A DNA stretch of 64,000 nt from an uncultured Clostridia bacterium (GTDB taxonomy: Bacteria > Bacillota > Clostridia > TANB77 > CAG-508). The notes under the pieces were generated by a model. That model saw nothing but the letters and a program-made list of their open reading frames with translations. It did not search any database and had not been told where the DNA came from. How positions within the stretch are numbered: position 1 is the stretch's first letter; the number at the start of each line of letters is the position of its first letter. Positions 9,432-19,693 of this stretch are shown here, piece by piece. The stretch covers positions 6,018-70,017 of the forward strand of contig CANQCG010000002.1 in NCBI GenBank assembly GCA_947589645.1. Reading direction: 5' to 3'. The position numbers were made by a program, and so were the translations under genes.

Positions 9432-9977
9432 TTACTTAATGTCTCCACAATGTTTTTTGTATAGAGCTTTTATATTCTTTTTATTTAAAACTGGTTCTAT
9501 TCCTTCTATAGCAATCTGCTCAAATAGTTCTGTTAGCATTTCTTCTAGATGCTTATTTATTCTAATTCTTTCTCTTTCGTGTCTCCAATACTCTATTTCA
9601 GAAGTTTTAGTCCAATTTTTTCCTTGGTAAACTTTACTTGCTGATAATTTATCACATATCATTTCTACTACATATTTATACGGAATTATTGGTGTTGGAT
9701 TTGGTGCTAAATCATCTACCCAATATTCTGCGTGGTGTTTATTTCTTCCTTTGTGATGTAACCAAGCTTTAGAATATCCATTCGTCTGCTTTGCAAATGT
9801 TATAGGGCTTCTTTTTCCATTATAAAATTTAACACTTTCCCAAAATTCAGTTGGTGAAAATTTTGACATATCATGCATTAATCCCCTCAAAGGCATTCCT
9901 AATTTTGTACAATATACAAATACATACCATTTATGCTTTAATATTAAAATTGTATGTTTTATTACATTTTTTATCAT
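9432..9977 (-). CDS. Conserved hypothetical protein (DUF5662-like; often mis-annotated as catalase)
   Basis: Motifs GLMHDMSKFSP…AWLHHKGRNKHHAEYW are recognised from that family. Function is unknown. Confidence 0.5.
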   Translation of the reverse strand: MIKNVIKHTILILKHKWYVFVYCTKLGMPLRGLMHDMSKFSPTEFWESVKFYNGKRSPITFAKQTNGYSKAWLHHKGRNKHHAEYWVDDLAPNPTPIIPYKYVVEMICDKLSASKVYQGKNWTKTSEIEYWRHERERIRINKHLEEMLTELFEQIAIEGIEPVLNKKNIKALYKKHCGDIK

Positions 9978-10100
9978 TTTCTTTTCTCCCTTTTTGTTTT
10001 TATATTTTACATTATATTTTCCTTTTTTTCAATATTATTGTTCTAAAATTGAATTTTCTAATGTTTTATGTTAATATATGTACTAAAAGGAAAATAAATT

Positions 10101-10976
10101 ATGAATATCGAATATAAAGTAAAAGATACAATTAGTATAAATCAAGTCTTAAGTGAAAAACTAGAAATATCAACAAGATTGAAAAATAAATTAATAAAAA
10201 ATAAATCCATTTTATTAAATGGTTCTTTTGTCGACACTAGAACTATTGCTAATGCTGAGGACATAATTACCATTGTTTTAGATTCAGATGAGGATAATTC
10301 TAATATAATTCCTACAAAAATGAATTTAGATATAGTTTATGAAGATGAACATTTATTGGCTATTAATAAACCTGCTGGAATTGCTATACATCCATCTATT
10401 TTGCATTTTACTGATTCTTTGTCAAATGGTATAAAATATTACTTTGACGAAATTGGTTTAAAGAAAAAAATTAGACCTATAAATAGAATTGATTTAAACA
10501 CTTCTGGTTTAGTTTTATTTGCTAAAAATGAATATGTACAAGAGAGTTTAATAAAACAAATGAATAATAAAATTTTTAAAAAAACTTATCTTGCAATTGT
10601 TTTTGGAAATTTAAAAAGTAAAAGCGGAACTATTGATGCTCCTATTGCAAGAAAACAAGGTAGCATTATCGAAAGATGCATTGACTTATCTGGTCAAAAA
10701 GCTGTAACACATTATGAGGTAATTAAAGAATATAATAATTATTCACTTATTAAGTGCATATTAGAAACTGGTAGAACGCATCAAATAAGAGTTCATTTTG
10801 CTTATATTGGAAACCCATTACTTGGTGACACTTTATATAATACTTCTTCAAATAGTAATTCTTTAATAGATAGGCAGGCTTTACATAGCTATAAAATGGA
10901 ATTTATTCATCCAATTAATAAAAATAAAATTTGTTTAGAAGCGGAAATTCCTGAAGATATGAAAAAATTAATATAA
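10101..10976 (+). CDS. RluA-family 23S rRNA pseudouridine synthase (RluD-like)
   Basis: S4-like N-terminus, catalytic region HPINRIDLNTSGLVLFAK and GRTHQIRVH motif. Confidence 0.88.
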   Translation: MNIEYKVKDTISINQVLSEKLEISTRLKNKLIKNKSILLNGSFVDTRTIANAEDIITIVLDSDEDNSNIIPTKMNLDIVYEDEHLLAINKPAGIAIHPSILHFTDSLSNGIKYYFDEIGLKKKIRPINRIDLNTSGLVLFAKNEYVQESLIKQMNNKIFKKTYLAIVFGNLKSKSGTIDAPIARKQGSIIERCIDLSGQKAVTHYEVIKEYNNYSLIKCILETGRTHQIRVHFAYIGNPLLGDTLYNTSSNSNSLIDRQALHSYKMEFIHPINKNKICLEAEIPEDMKKLI

Positions 10977-10980
10977 ATAA

Positions 10981-11346
10981 GTTCAAGGAAAATCTGTAAG
11001 CCGGGTTCTGTCATTTAAAATAGTCATTTATCTAGGACATATATTGCTATATATCTCAAGCCACGCAATTTAGAATCACCGAGCAGGTGTTATATTCTAT
11101 TTAGGTGTTGCTCCAGATGGGGTTTACACTGACCCAGTATGTCACCATACCAGCGGTGAGCTCTTACCTCGCCTTTTCATCCTTACCGCATTGCTGAAAT
11201 CAACTTACGGCGGTTATTTTCTGTTGCACTTTCCTTAAGGTTACCCTCACTAGACGTTATCTAGCATCTTTGCTCTATGGAGCCCGGACTTTCCTCTTGT
11301 AATTTCTTTCGAAATTTACCAGCGACTATTCAATTTTCCTTGAACC
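10981..11346 (-). ncRNA. rnpB: RNase P RNA, bacterial type A
   Basis: The minus strand reads GGTTCAAGGAAAAT…GAGGAAAGTCCGGGCTCCATAGAGCA…AGTGCAACAGAAAATAACCGCC…GGTAAGAGCTCACCGC…GGTAAACCCCATCTGGAGCAA…ACAGAACCCGGCTTACAG ATTTTCCTTGAAC. The P1 stem is formed by the two ends. The universally conserved blocks are collinear with E. coli M1 RNA. Confidence 0.93.
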
Positions 11347-11399
11347 TCTTTATTATAACATATTTTAAAGGTTTAATCAATAATAATAGACATACTTCT

Positions 11400-11436
11400 A
11401 AAAATAAAGAAGAGAGCAAATTTATGCTCTCTTTTA
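11400..11436 (-). terminator. Rho-independent terminator after the SleB-like hydrolase gene
   Basis: AAGAGAGCA-loop-TGCTCTCTT, followed on the minus strand by CTTTATTTTT. Confidence 0.7.
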
Positions 11437-11462
11437 AAATGGCTTATAACTATTCGCAATGC

Positions 11463-12461
11463 TTATGTAGCATATGGCGTATAGTCCACATAACCAAAGT
11501 AGTTGTCTTCGTCATAGCAGATATAAAGTATCGATTCCTTAACCAAGAATTTAGCAATAGCTAAAACATATGGTGGTAGATTACGTCCACCTGCTAGACA
11601 CCAACGAGCAGCTTCGATAGAAGTTTCACTCGGTGCTTTTTTTGGATCTTCCAACCATCCGTCTACTACAACGGCCCACTGATTTTTCTGATGAAGCACA
11701 TCATAAAAATTATCTGGAAATTCAAACGGACACTGAATACGGTTCATAAAAACAGTGCCCACCGCTTTTTGATATTCCAAAGGTTTATCTCCTCCTTCGA
11801 GATAAATTAATCTTGCAAATATCATTACTAGTTCCTCATCAAGTTCAACATTTGGATTAGCCTCTATGTAATAATCATCTGGCATTTCTTCATGATAATA
11901 CTGATTCTCTGGAACCTTTGGAATCCATATAGATTTGTCTTTAGAAAGTTGTGGTAATTGATCATATAAATGTATGGTCCTTGTTCCCAACTCATAATCT
12001 ACTTTAGATTCTGGTTTTGATTGAGTTTCCGTTTCGGGCTCTGCTTCAGGTTCCTTAACAGATTCTGTTTCTTGATTTGCTTCTGCTTCGAGTTCCTTAA
12101 CATGTTCTGGTTCTGGGCTTGTTTCTATTTCAGGCTCTATGCTAGGCACTATTTCAGGTTTAAAAGTAAAATAACTTTTTAATTCTACTTCCCGATCTGA
12201 AAGTGGTAGAATAATACCCATAGAACTTTGCTCAGGACTTTGTTCAGAACTTTCGTCTGTTTTTAATCCAACGTCCGTATGTTCGAAGAATAATATCATT
12301 ATAGTTATTAAAATGATCATTATTGCTATAATAATAGCGTTTGCTATAGTAGATGTTCTTTCATCAAACGTATTATCTTTATTATCTTGCAACCGTTTTT
12401 CTTCGTCTTGCGTCGTTGGTAAATCTTTGTCCTTTTTCTGTCTGTGTACCATTTTCTTCAA
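11463..12461 (-). CDS. Membrane-anchored cell wall hydrolase, SleB/CwlJ (Hydrolase_2) family, with an acidic Glu/Pro-rich linker
   Basis: N-terminal TM segment, then an EPE/ETE-rich low-complexity linker, then a C-terminal Hydrolase_2-like domain (…LIYLEGGDKPLEYQKAVGTVFMNRI…). Confidence 0.7.
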   Translation of the reverse strand: MKKMVHRQKKDKDLPTTQDEEKRLQDNKDNTFDERTSTIANAIIIAIMIILITIMILFFEHTDVGLKTDESSEQSPEQSSMGIILPLSDREVELKSYFTFKPEIVPSIEPEIETSPEPEHVKELEAEANQETESVKEPEAEPETETQSKPESKVDYELGTRTIHLYDQLPQLSKDKSIWIPKVPENQYYHEEMPDDYYIEANPNVELDEELVMIFARLIYLEGGDKPLEYQKAVGTVFMNRIQCPFEFPDNFYDVLHQKNQWAVVVDGWLEDPKKAPSETSIEAARWCLAGGRNLPPYVLAIAKFLVKESILYICYDEDNYFGYVDYTPYAT

Positions 12462-12603
12462 GTCCTTTCATTTTATTTAGTCATATTCTATTTTACCATA
12501 TTAATGTATTTATGTCAATTTTTAATATTGCTACAATATGCCATTATATCTAATAAATTTAATATTTTTATAAAAAATAGTTATACTATTAAAAGGTGAT
12601 TTT

Positions 12604-12888
12604 ATGCAAACAAGCATTAATATTTTCAGTGATAAAAAAGGTGAAATTGATAGATTTTTAAGCAGTTATTATAATACAAATTTAGATATAAAAAATAACC
12701 TTAAATGGCAAAAAGATTATGAAAACCCTGTTGAAATGACAGATTTGATAGGTGTATTTGTAGACAATCATGAAGATTTTAACATTAGTTTGTGGGTTTG
12801 CTTAGATAATGATGTATATATTAGAGTATCCCAGCAAAATGCAGATCAGCTTATTAGATATATTTTTGAAAGATACCCTTATAGCTAA
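12604..12888 (+). CDS. Hypothetical protein (94 aa)
   Basis: Clean ORF with an AAAGGTG RBS 5 nt upstream. No motif recognised. Confidence 0.5.
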   Translation: MQTSINIFSDKKGEIDRFLSSYYNTNLDIKNNLKWQKDYENPVEMTDLIGVFVDNHEDFNISLWVCLDNDVYIRVSQQNADQLIRYIFERYPYS

Positions 12889-12974
12889 CAGTAACTAATA
12901 TTACTTTGTTTTATAAATTTTTGCAATTTACTACTTTCATAACAAATTACTACTATTTAATAAAGGAAAAAGCA

Positions 12975-13009
12975 AAAGCCCACTTTCATAATTTGAATAG
13001 TTGGCTTTT
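12975..13009. terminator. Bidirectional terminator between convergent genes
   Basis: AAAAGCCCACT-loop-AGTTGGCTTTT, between the 12604-12888 (+) and 13022-13558 (-) genes. Confidence 0.65.
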
Positions 13010-13021
13010 GGTTATTATTTA

Positions 13022-13558
13022 TTATTCATTTTCGTCTTGTTTTTCTGTATTTTCCGGTTCCTCGTTAGATTGGCTTTCATTAGCTTCATTACTTGAATTT
13101 TCCTCATTCACTTCAATATATGAATCAGATACAAATTTTTCATGTTCATTTGATGAATCATCATTTACGAATTCTACTTCGCGAGCTTCTGCATCTTCTT
13201 GCTTTGCTCCACAATAATTGCAGAATTTAGCAGATAAATCTATTTCTTTAAAACAATTAGGGCATTGTTTCTTATCTTTTAATTCTCTTAATTGATTTAG
13301 ACATGATTCAATTTCTGATGAAAGAACATCTATTTTTGTACACTCTTCTTCTAGTTCTGTTTTTATATCAATTGTTTCAGAATTTACATGTTTCTCATAA
13401 ACTTTTTTTCCAATCTCTTGATATAATGAATTAATTGTTGACTTGTTTTCATTCATTTTCATTCTTATTTTAGCTTCTTTAGCTAATTCACCTGTCTTTT
13501 TGCTTGCTCCTTCATATGTTTCTTTTGCTTTTTGAGTTAATTTATTAAAAAAATCCAT
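13022..13558 (-). CDS. Zinc-ribbon domain protein with coiled-coil N-terminus and acidic tail
   Basis: CPNCFKEIDLSAKFCNYCG (CxxC…CxxC zinc ribbon). Function otherwise unknown. Confidence 0.6.
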   Translation of the reverse strand: MDFFNKLTQKAKETYEGASKKTGELAKEAKIRMKMNENKSTINSLYQEIGKKVYEKHVNSETIDIKTELEEECTKIDVLSSEIESCLNQLRELKDKKQCPNCFKEIDLSAKFCNYCGAKQEDAEAREVEFVNDDSSNEHEKFVSDSYIEVNEENSSNEANESQSNEEPENTEKQDENE

Positions 13559-13617
13559 TTTCTTTTTCTCCTCGTCTTTTTACTATATTAATAATATTAT
13601 AAATCGAATGCAAAAAA

Positions 13618-14601
13618 TTATTCTGATTTTTTGTCTCTTGTCATCAAATTATTTACAGCATCGGTAGGTTTTAAGCCTTTATATAATATGTTATATACTG
13701 TTTCTACAATTGGCATTTCTACACCATAAATATTTTTTAATTTATATGCTACTTCAATATTATCTATGCTTTCAATTGTCATGCCTACTTGCTCTTTTGC
13801 TTCTTCTAATGATAAACCTTGGCCTATAAGTTTTCCTGCTTTTCTATTTCTACTATGTTCACTTAAGCAAGTAACTATTAAGTCTCCAAGACCACTTAGC
13901 CCATAAAGAGTATCTTTTTCTGCACCTAGTTTTTGTCCTAACCTAGATAATTCTGATAAACCTCTTGTAATTAGTGCTGCAAAAGCATTATCCCCTAAAC
14001 CTGTTCCTGCTGCTACACCTGCGCAAAAAGCTATTATATTTTTTAAAGCTCCTCCAACTTCAACACCTTTTACATCACTAGAAGTATAAATTCTCATTGT
14101 TTCACACATAAAAGTATCTTGCACTAAACTTAATATTTCTGGATATTTAGATGCTACTACCAAAACAGTTGGCATTAATATTGAAACCTCTTCTGCATGG
14201 CTTGGGCCAGATAATACTCCTAGTTTTATATTTGGTGCTTCTTCTACAAAAACCTCATCTAATGTTAACAAGGTTCCACTTTCAAAACCTTTAGAGCAAA
14301 TTATTACAGGTCTATTTTTTACTAGATGTTTATACTGTTTTAATATATCACGTGTGAATTTTGATGGTGTTACATGTAATATAAAATCGGCACCTTCTAA
14401 AGCTTCTTCAAATGATGTAGTACATTTAATATTAGATGGAATTTCTGCTTTAGGTAAAAACTTGCACTTTCTTTCATTATTAATTAAATCTACTTCTTCT
14501 TGTGCAAATGACCATATTTTAATATTGTTTTCCAAAGTAGCTAAATGAATTCCAAGTGCAACTCCCCAACTGCCACTTCCTATTATGCATATATTTTTCA
14601 T
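13618..14601 (-). CDS. gpsA: NAD(P)H-dependent glycerol-3-phosphate dehydrogenase
   Basis: MKNICIIGSGSWGVALG Rossmann motif and full-length GpsA-like sequence. Conserved der-plsY-gpsA order. Confidence 0.93.
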   Translation of the reverse strand: MKNICIIGSGSWGVALGIHLATLENNIKIWSFAQEEVDLINNERKCKFLPKAEIPSNIKCTTSFEEALEGADFILHVTPSKFTRDILKQYKHLVKNRPVIICSKGFESGTLLTLDEVFVEEAPNIKLGVLSGPSHAEEVSILMPTVLVVASKYPEILSLVQDTFMCETMRIYTSSDVKGVEVGGALKNIIAFCAGVAAGTGLGDNAFAALITRGLSELSRLGQKLGAEKDTLYGLSGLGDLIVTCLSEHSRNRKAGKLIGQGLSLEEAKEQVGMTIESIDNIEVAYKLKNIYGVEMPIVETVYNILYKGLKPTDAVNNLMTRDKKSE

Positions 14602-14623
14602 ATTATGTTATTTTCCTCCTTTG

Positions 14624-15253
14624 TTATTTTTTAAAGCTTATTTTATTTTCTTTGCCTTCTAAAATTCTTTTAATATTTTGCTTATGATTAAATGCTACAA
14701 GTAAAGCAAGTAGAACACTAAAAATAAAATAGCCTGTTCCTTCTGTTACTGTATAATTTGTATGAATAAATAATACTAGTACAGGGTAAAGTATTGCTGC
14801 TCCAACTGATCCTAAAGATACCATTCTTGTTAGTGCAATAATTGCTACAGCAAATACAAGACATATTAGACCTATTTGCCAATTTATCATTAATAACACT
14901 CCTAATGAAGTTGCAACTCCTTTTCCTCCTTTAAATTGAAAGAAAATTGGAAAAGTATGTCCTATAACTACTGCCAATGCTGCTATTTGAACTAATAATG
15001 ATTTATTTACATTTTTAATAATTACTCCTGCTAAAATTGCTACTAAAATTGCTACTACACCTTTTAAAATATCACAAACTAGCGTAATAACTGCTGCCTT
15101 TTTTCCAACTGAACGAAGCATATTAGTCGTTCCAGCATTTCCACTTCCTTTTTCTCTTACATCAAATCCTGCCATTTTTTTGCTTATTATAACTGAAAAA
15201 TTAACACTTCCAATTAAATAAGCTATTATTGCTACGATAATGTATGTTGTCAT
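14624..15253 (-). CDS. plsY: Glycerol-3-phosphate acyltransferase PlsY
   Basis: 209-aa polytopic protein with GSGNAGTTN and FKGGKGVAT motifs. Confidence 0.92.
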   Translation of the reverse strand: MTTYIIVAIIAYLIGSVNFSVIISKKMAGFDVREKGSGNAGTTNMLRSVGKKAAVITLVCDILKGVVAILVAILAGVIIKNVNKSLLVQIAALAVVIGHTFPIFFQFKGGKGVATSLGVLLMINWQIGLICLVFAVAIIALTRMVSLGSVGAAILYPVLVLFIHTNYTVTEGTGYFIFSVLLALLVAFNHKQNIKRILEGKENKISFKK

Positions 15254-15272
15254 AAAAATTCCTCCTTATTTT

Positions 15273-16610
15273 TTATATTTCTGTAACGTCTTTATTTCCC
15301 TTTTCGCGGGCAATTATTCTAATTGGTGTTCCTTCTAGTCCAAATTCTTTTCTGATTTGATTTACTAGATACCTTTCATAAGAAAAGTGAAATAATTCTT
15401 TGTTGTTTACAAATATTACGAATGTAGGTGGTTTCGTTGAAACCTGTGTACCATACAAAATTTTAAGTCTTTTACCTTTATCTGTTGGTGGTTGAACTAT
15501 TGCTATAGCTTCATTAATTACTTGATTTAGAATTGATGTCGAAACTCTTAATGAATTTTGCTCTGCAACATGATTTATTAAATCAAATAATTTATCTACT
15601 CTTTGTCCTGTTTTAGCTGATATAAATAGAATTGGTGCATATGATAAATATGCAAGCTTATTATAAATATCTTTTTTATAGTTTTCTAGTGTTCCTGTGT
15701 CTTTTTCATATTCATCCCATTTATTAACTACTATTATTATACCTTTACCTGCTTCATGTGCTTCTCCTGCGATTTTCGCATCTTGGTCTGTTACACCTTC
15801 TGTTGCATCTATTAACATTAAACATACATCTGCTCTTTCTATTGCAAGTAAAGTTCTCATAATACTAAACTTTTCAATAGATTGCGTTACTTTGCTTTTT
15901 CTTCTAAGACCTGCTGTATCTATAAAAGTATATTTTCCTTTTTCGTTTTCAAAATCTGAATCTATAGCATCTCTAGTAGTACCTGCAATATCACTTACTA
16001 TGTTTCTGTTTTCACCTAAAATTTTATTTATTAATGAAGATTTTCCTACATTAGGCTTTCCTATAACCGCAACTTTTACTCTTTCATTATTGTTTTCTGT
16101 ATCACTTTCTTCTGGAAAATATTCGTAGATTGCGTCTAGCACATCTCCTATTCCTAATGCATTTGACGCAGATACTAAATATGGCTCTCCAAGTCCTAAG
16201 TTATAAAATTCATATGAGTCTTCTTTGTATTTTGAGTAATTATCTGCTTTGTTACATACTAAAACTACTGGTTTAGAAGATTTTTTTAGCATTAATGCAA
16301 TTTCATTATCTGCCGATGTAATTCCTTGTTTTATATCTGTTAAAAATATAACAACATCTGCCATATCAATTGCCATTTTAGCTTGCTCTCTCATCTGTGA
16401 TATTATTACATCTTGCGACTTTGGCTCAATTCCAGCGGTATCTATTAATGTAAATGTTCTTCCTCTCCAATTTGTTTTCGCATAGATTCTATCTCTCGTA
16501 ACACCTGGCGTATCTTCTACTATTGAAATTCTGTTACCTGCTATATAATTAAAAAACGTTGATTTACCAACATTTGGTCTTCCTATTATTGCTACTATTG
16601 GCTCTGCCAT
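15273..16610 (-). CDS. der: Ribosome biogenesis GTPase Der (EngA)
   Basis: Two tandem GTPase domains (GRPNVGKST and GKPNVGKSS) plus a KH-like C-terminus. Confidence 0.95.
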   Translation of the reverse strand: MAEPIVAIIGRPNVGKSTFFNYIAGNRISIVEDTPGVTRDRIYAKTNWRGRTFTLIDTAGIEPKSQDVIISQMREQAKMAIDMADVVIFLTDIKQGITSADNEIALMLKKSSKPVVLVCNKADNYSKYKEDSYEFYNLGLGEPYLVSASNALGIGDVLDAIYEYFPEESDTENNNERVKVAVIGKPNVGKSSLINKILGENRNIVSDIAGTTRDAIDSDFENEKGKYTFIDTAGLRRKSKVTQSIEKFSIMRTLLAIERADVCLMLIDATEGVTDQDAKIAGEAHEAGKGIIIVVNKWDEYEKDTGTLENYKKDIYNKLAYLSYAPILFISAKTGQRVDKLFDLINHVAEQNSLRVSTSILNQVINEAIAIVQPPTDKGKRLKILYGTQVSTKPPTFVIFVNNKELFHFSYERYLVNQIRKEFGLEGTPIRIIAREKGNKDVTEI

Positions 16611-16749
16611 TTTTTCACCTCTAACTCACATATATTTTACTACACTGGTTTTAAAATATCAACCGAATTTAGTATTTTAGTTCAAAATATTGCTAAATTT
16701 GTCCATTTATAGTATAATTAAAGTATGTTTAAAGAAAGGAATAAATTTT

Positions 16750-17199
16750 ATGAAAAGAATTAAAAGATTTGCACTATATGCTTTATTACTTATAATATTT
16801 TTTGTATTTTCTCGTGTAATTATTTTTATAGGATTAAATAATACATATAATAATATTGATTTAAAAGAATCTGTTCCTCAAGGAGTTACTATTACATCTG
16901 CTAAAGCTACTTCTGTAAATGGTGAAATAAAAGGAAAAATATCAGATGAACTTAAAAATAAATTTATAAAATTTAATTTTTATACAGACAATAATGCTTT
17001 AGGAGGAAGCTATTATTTGACTCCTTCTGAACTTCAAAATGGCAACTTCGAATTTTATTTTAAAATGAATTATATAGATTCTTACAGCATAGAATTAACT
17101 GATGAAAAACCTGATATAGTAGATTTAGAAAGTTTTTCTATAAAACCATATGAAGGTTATATAATTTGGTCTGCTCTTTTTGCTTTAATGCTTATATAA
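16750..17199 (+). CDS. Hypothetical membrane protein
   Basis: ATG at 16750 (MKRIKRFALYALLLIIFFVF…). N- and C-terminal TM segments. No recognised domain. Confidence 0.5.
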   Translation: MKRIKRFALYALLLIIFFVFSRVIIFIGLNNTYNNIDLKESVPQGVTITSAKATSVNGEIKGKISDELKNKFIKFNFYTDNNALGGSYYLTPSELQNGNFEFYFKMNYIDSYSIELTDEKPDIVDLESFSIKPYEGYIIWSALFALMLI

Positions 17200-17235
17200 T
17201 TAAATTTATTAATATGATCTTAAATATAAACACTT

Positions 17236-17327
17236 AAAAAAGTAGACATTTTTAATATGCATCATTCAAAAAATGTTAGGCAGTATTAACATTTTAAGAT
17301 GCATCTTATTTTTATTGTCTACTTTTA
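17236..17327. terminator. Long imperfect hairpin between convergent genes (bidirectional terminator or small structured RNA)
   Basis: AAAAAGTAGACA…TGTCTACTTTT outer stem, with nested ATGCATC/GATGCAT and AATGTTA/TAACATT pairings. Confidence 0.5.
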
Positions 17328-17343
17328 TTTATGCTTGTTTGAT

Positions 17344-18894
17344 TTATTGATTATATATTAATTTATTATTGTAAAATATTGATTTTTTTTGAAGTTCTTC
17401 TCTTACAAGATTTTCTCCATATTTTTCTGCCAAGGTTTGTTTCTCTGAAAATAAATTAGTTCCTAAGCCTAGTCTTTCTCCTTCAATTTTTGCTCCTATT
17501 GATGCCAAAGTAGTTGGGTACATGTCCATTGTAAAGAATCTTCTGTTTTTAGTAGTTTCTGTATTTTGTATTGCTGAATTTATTATTGCATTATATACTG
17601 TTCTTTCATTATAATTATTTTTTGAAGCTAATTCTTCAATGTCTGATTGCATTGTTATATGGTCTCCTGAGATTATAATAGTCGTATTTTCATAAAAAGG
17701 TTGTATTTTTAGCCAATCTACAAATTCGGCCACTTTTTTACTAGAACACCTTATTACATTACTATATTGATCTTCAAATTCATTTTCACAATCATTGCAA
17801 ACATATCCATCTGTAAAATGTGTATCTACAGTAAGTATTGTATAGTTAAAAGGCTCATTTTTTTGAGAAATTTCACTTAATTGTTCTTTGGCATATTTAA
17901 ATAAATCATTATCAGAATAGCCCCACCATACCCTGTCTGATTCTTTCATTCTATTTTCTTCAATAGCAGAGGTGTAATCCCAAATATTATAATTGCCATG
18001 TGATTCAAAATAAAGTTTTCTTCCTCCAAATTCGCTATCAGATCCTAAAAGTAGGTAATTAGTATAACCGTTTTTTTCTAATATTTCGCCTAAACTGTAT
18101 GCTCCTGGCAAAAATGTTTTATGTCTACCATAATCATTTTCTCCTATACTAATTTTTAATGGCACACCACTAGTTTGAGATACCATTGCAGCAATTGTCC
18201 AATGAGTACCTTTAAGTTCTAACGCTCCACCTACTTTATCTGTATTCGAAAAGTTTATATTTTCTTTTGCTAATTGGGTTAATTCTGGTATTCTACTTTT
18301 TTCGTACATACCACCATCTTCTACAGATGCAAATGAATTTTCCATAGACTCTAAATATATGTATATTAAATTTCTTTTTTGCTCTGGAAATTCTACATTT
18401 ACTTCTGCAGGATTAATGTAGTTTTCCTCAATAAATGAAGATGCTTTAATTTGATTTATAATAAAATTGTATATGTTCATTTGGATAAATACCACTACTA
18501 CACTTATTATTAATATAATTTTTGATAGTGTATATAAAATTCTTTTTTTGTAAATTGATGATAACTTAATTTTGTTCTCAAAAAAGTATAGTACAATAGA
18601 TACTACTAATAGTATTAATATTATTCTTAAAAATGTCCATTTTATATAATCAAATATCATTCCTATATTTGTTCCTTTTATTGGAACTTTTAGATGGAAT
18701 AATAATTGATCTAATGTAACATTCCCTGTACTTGTATAAATCCAATATATCGACAGAGATATAAAAGCAGATAAAAATATCAAAAATAATATAAATGCAT
18801 TTTGTTTTTTAGTTAATGTCTCTATTCGTTGGGTGTCTTGATTATTTAACTCTATTAATAATTGTTCGTCTTTTATTACAGTTTCTTGTTTCAT
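17344..18894 (-). CDS. LTA synthase-family (sulfatase-domain) phosphoglycerol transferase-like membrane protein
   Basis: N-terminal multi-TM region plus an extracellular sulfatase/alkaline-phosphatase-like domain (…YIYLESMENSF…, …SGDH…). The ATG at 18894 follows AAGGAG. Confidence 0.7.
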   Translation of the reverse strand: MKQETVIKDEQLLIELNNQDTQRIETLTKKQNAFILFLIFLSAFISLSIYWIYTSTGNVTLDQLLFHLKVPIKGTNIGMIFDYIKWTFLRIILILLVVSIVLYFFENKIKLSSIYKKRILYTLSKIILIISVVVVFIQMNIYNFIINQIKASSFIEENYINPAEVNVEFPEQKRNLIYIYLESMENSFASVEDGGMYEKSRIPELTQLAKENINFSNTDKVGGALELKGTHWTIAAMVSQTSGVPLKISIGENDYGRHKTFLPGAYSLGEILEKNGYTNYLLLGSDSEFGGRKLYFESHGNYNIWDYTSAIEENRMKESDRVWWGYSDNDLFKYAKEQLSEISQKNEPFNYTILTVDTHFTDGYVCNDCENEFEDQYSNVIRCSSKKVAEFVDWLKIQPFYENTTIIISGDHITMQSDIEELASKNNYNERTVYNAIINSAIQNTETTKNRRFFTMDMYPTTLASIGAKIEGERLGLGTNLFSEKQTLAEKYGENLVREELQKKSIFYNNKLIYNQ

Positions 18895-18946
18895 TTGTTT
18901 CTCCTTATGCATACATTTTAACATAACAATTATTTATTTTCAACAT

Positions 18947-18976
18947 AAAAAAAATAGTCTTTCGACTATTTTTTTA
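18947..18976 (-). terminator. Terminator after rpmA
   Basis: ATAGTC-tttc-GACTAT stem embedded in A8/T7 runs. It overlaps the rpmA stop codon. Confidence 0.6.
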
Positions 18977-19240
18977 TGCGTTTTCTGTAGTAGGATAAAC
19001 ACTAACTTTCTTTTTATCTCTACCCTTTCTTTCAAATTTAACATTTCCATCTACTAATGCAAATAGTGTATCATCTTTACCTTTACCTACATTAGTTCCA
19101 GGATGTATTTTGGTTCCTCTTTGTCTTACTAATATATTACCAGCAAGAACAAATTGTCCATCACCTCTTTTGACACCAAGTCTTTTTGACTCACTGTCTC
19201 TACCGTTATCGGTACTACCCTGACCTTTATGATGTGCCAT
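18974..19240 (-). CDS. rpmA: 50S ribosomal protein L27 (no N-terminal pro-peptide)
   Basis: [25 protein letters not shown]…. An in-frame TGA lies 3 codons upstream of the ATG. Confidence 0.95.
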   Translation of the reverse strand: MAHHKGQGSTDNGRDSESKRLGVKRGDGQFVLAGNILVRQRGTKIHPGTNVGKGKDDTLFALVDGNVKFERKGRDKKKVSVYPTTENA

Positions 19241-19297
19241 GTATGTTCAACTCCTTTCGGTTTTACATTTTATTTCTCATTATTATTTTTTAATTAA

Positions 19298-19693
19298 TTA
19301 AGCTTCTACTTTTTCTGGTTGTTTAGCTTTTTCTGGTTGCTCAACTTTTTCTACTTTTTCTGCTTTCTTAGCAGCTGTAGATGTTGTTTTAATTGATGTA
19401 ATTTCTACTTTTGTATATGGTTGTCTATGTCCTTGTTTTCTTCTATAGTTCTTTTTAGCTTTCATTTTGAAAACAATGATTTTTTTAGCTTTACCATGTG
19501 AAACTACTTTTCCTTCAACTTTTACATTTTTAACATAAGGATTTCCTACTTGTACTTTTCCATCATTAGATACTAATACAACATTGTCAAAAGTAACTTT
19601 TTTACCTTCTTCTGCATCTAATTTTTCAAAAAATACTACATCACCTTCTGCTACTTTGTATTGTTTGCCACAGCTTTCGATTATTGCGTACAT
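19298..19693 (-). CDS. rplU: 50S ribosomal protein L21 with Lys/Glu-rich C-terminal extension
   Basis: [20 protein letters not shown]… is the canonical L21 N-terminus. Confidence 0.95.
   Translation of the reverse strand: MYAIIESCGKQYKVAEGDVVFFEKLDAEEGKKVTFDNVVLVSNDGKVQVGNPYVKNVKVEGKVVSHGKAKKIIVFKMKAKKNYRRKQGHRQPYTKVEITSIKTTSTAAKKAEKVEKVEQPEKAKQPEKVEA

Noticed and set aside
11277-11564. 95-aa plus-strand ORF
   Set aside because: It lies antisense across the RNase P RNA gene and the 3' end of the SleB-like gene. It is an artefact of the structured RNA region.
11990-12140. Apparent nucleotide periodicity in the SleB-like gene
   Set aside because: It reflects the acidic Glu/Pro/Thr low-complexity linker (…EPEIETSPEPEHVKELEAEANQETESVKEPEAEPETETQ…). 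It is not a discrete DNA repeat or mobile sequence.
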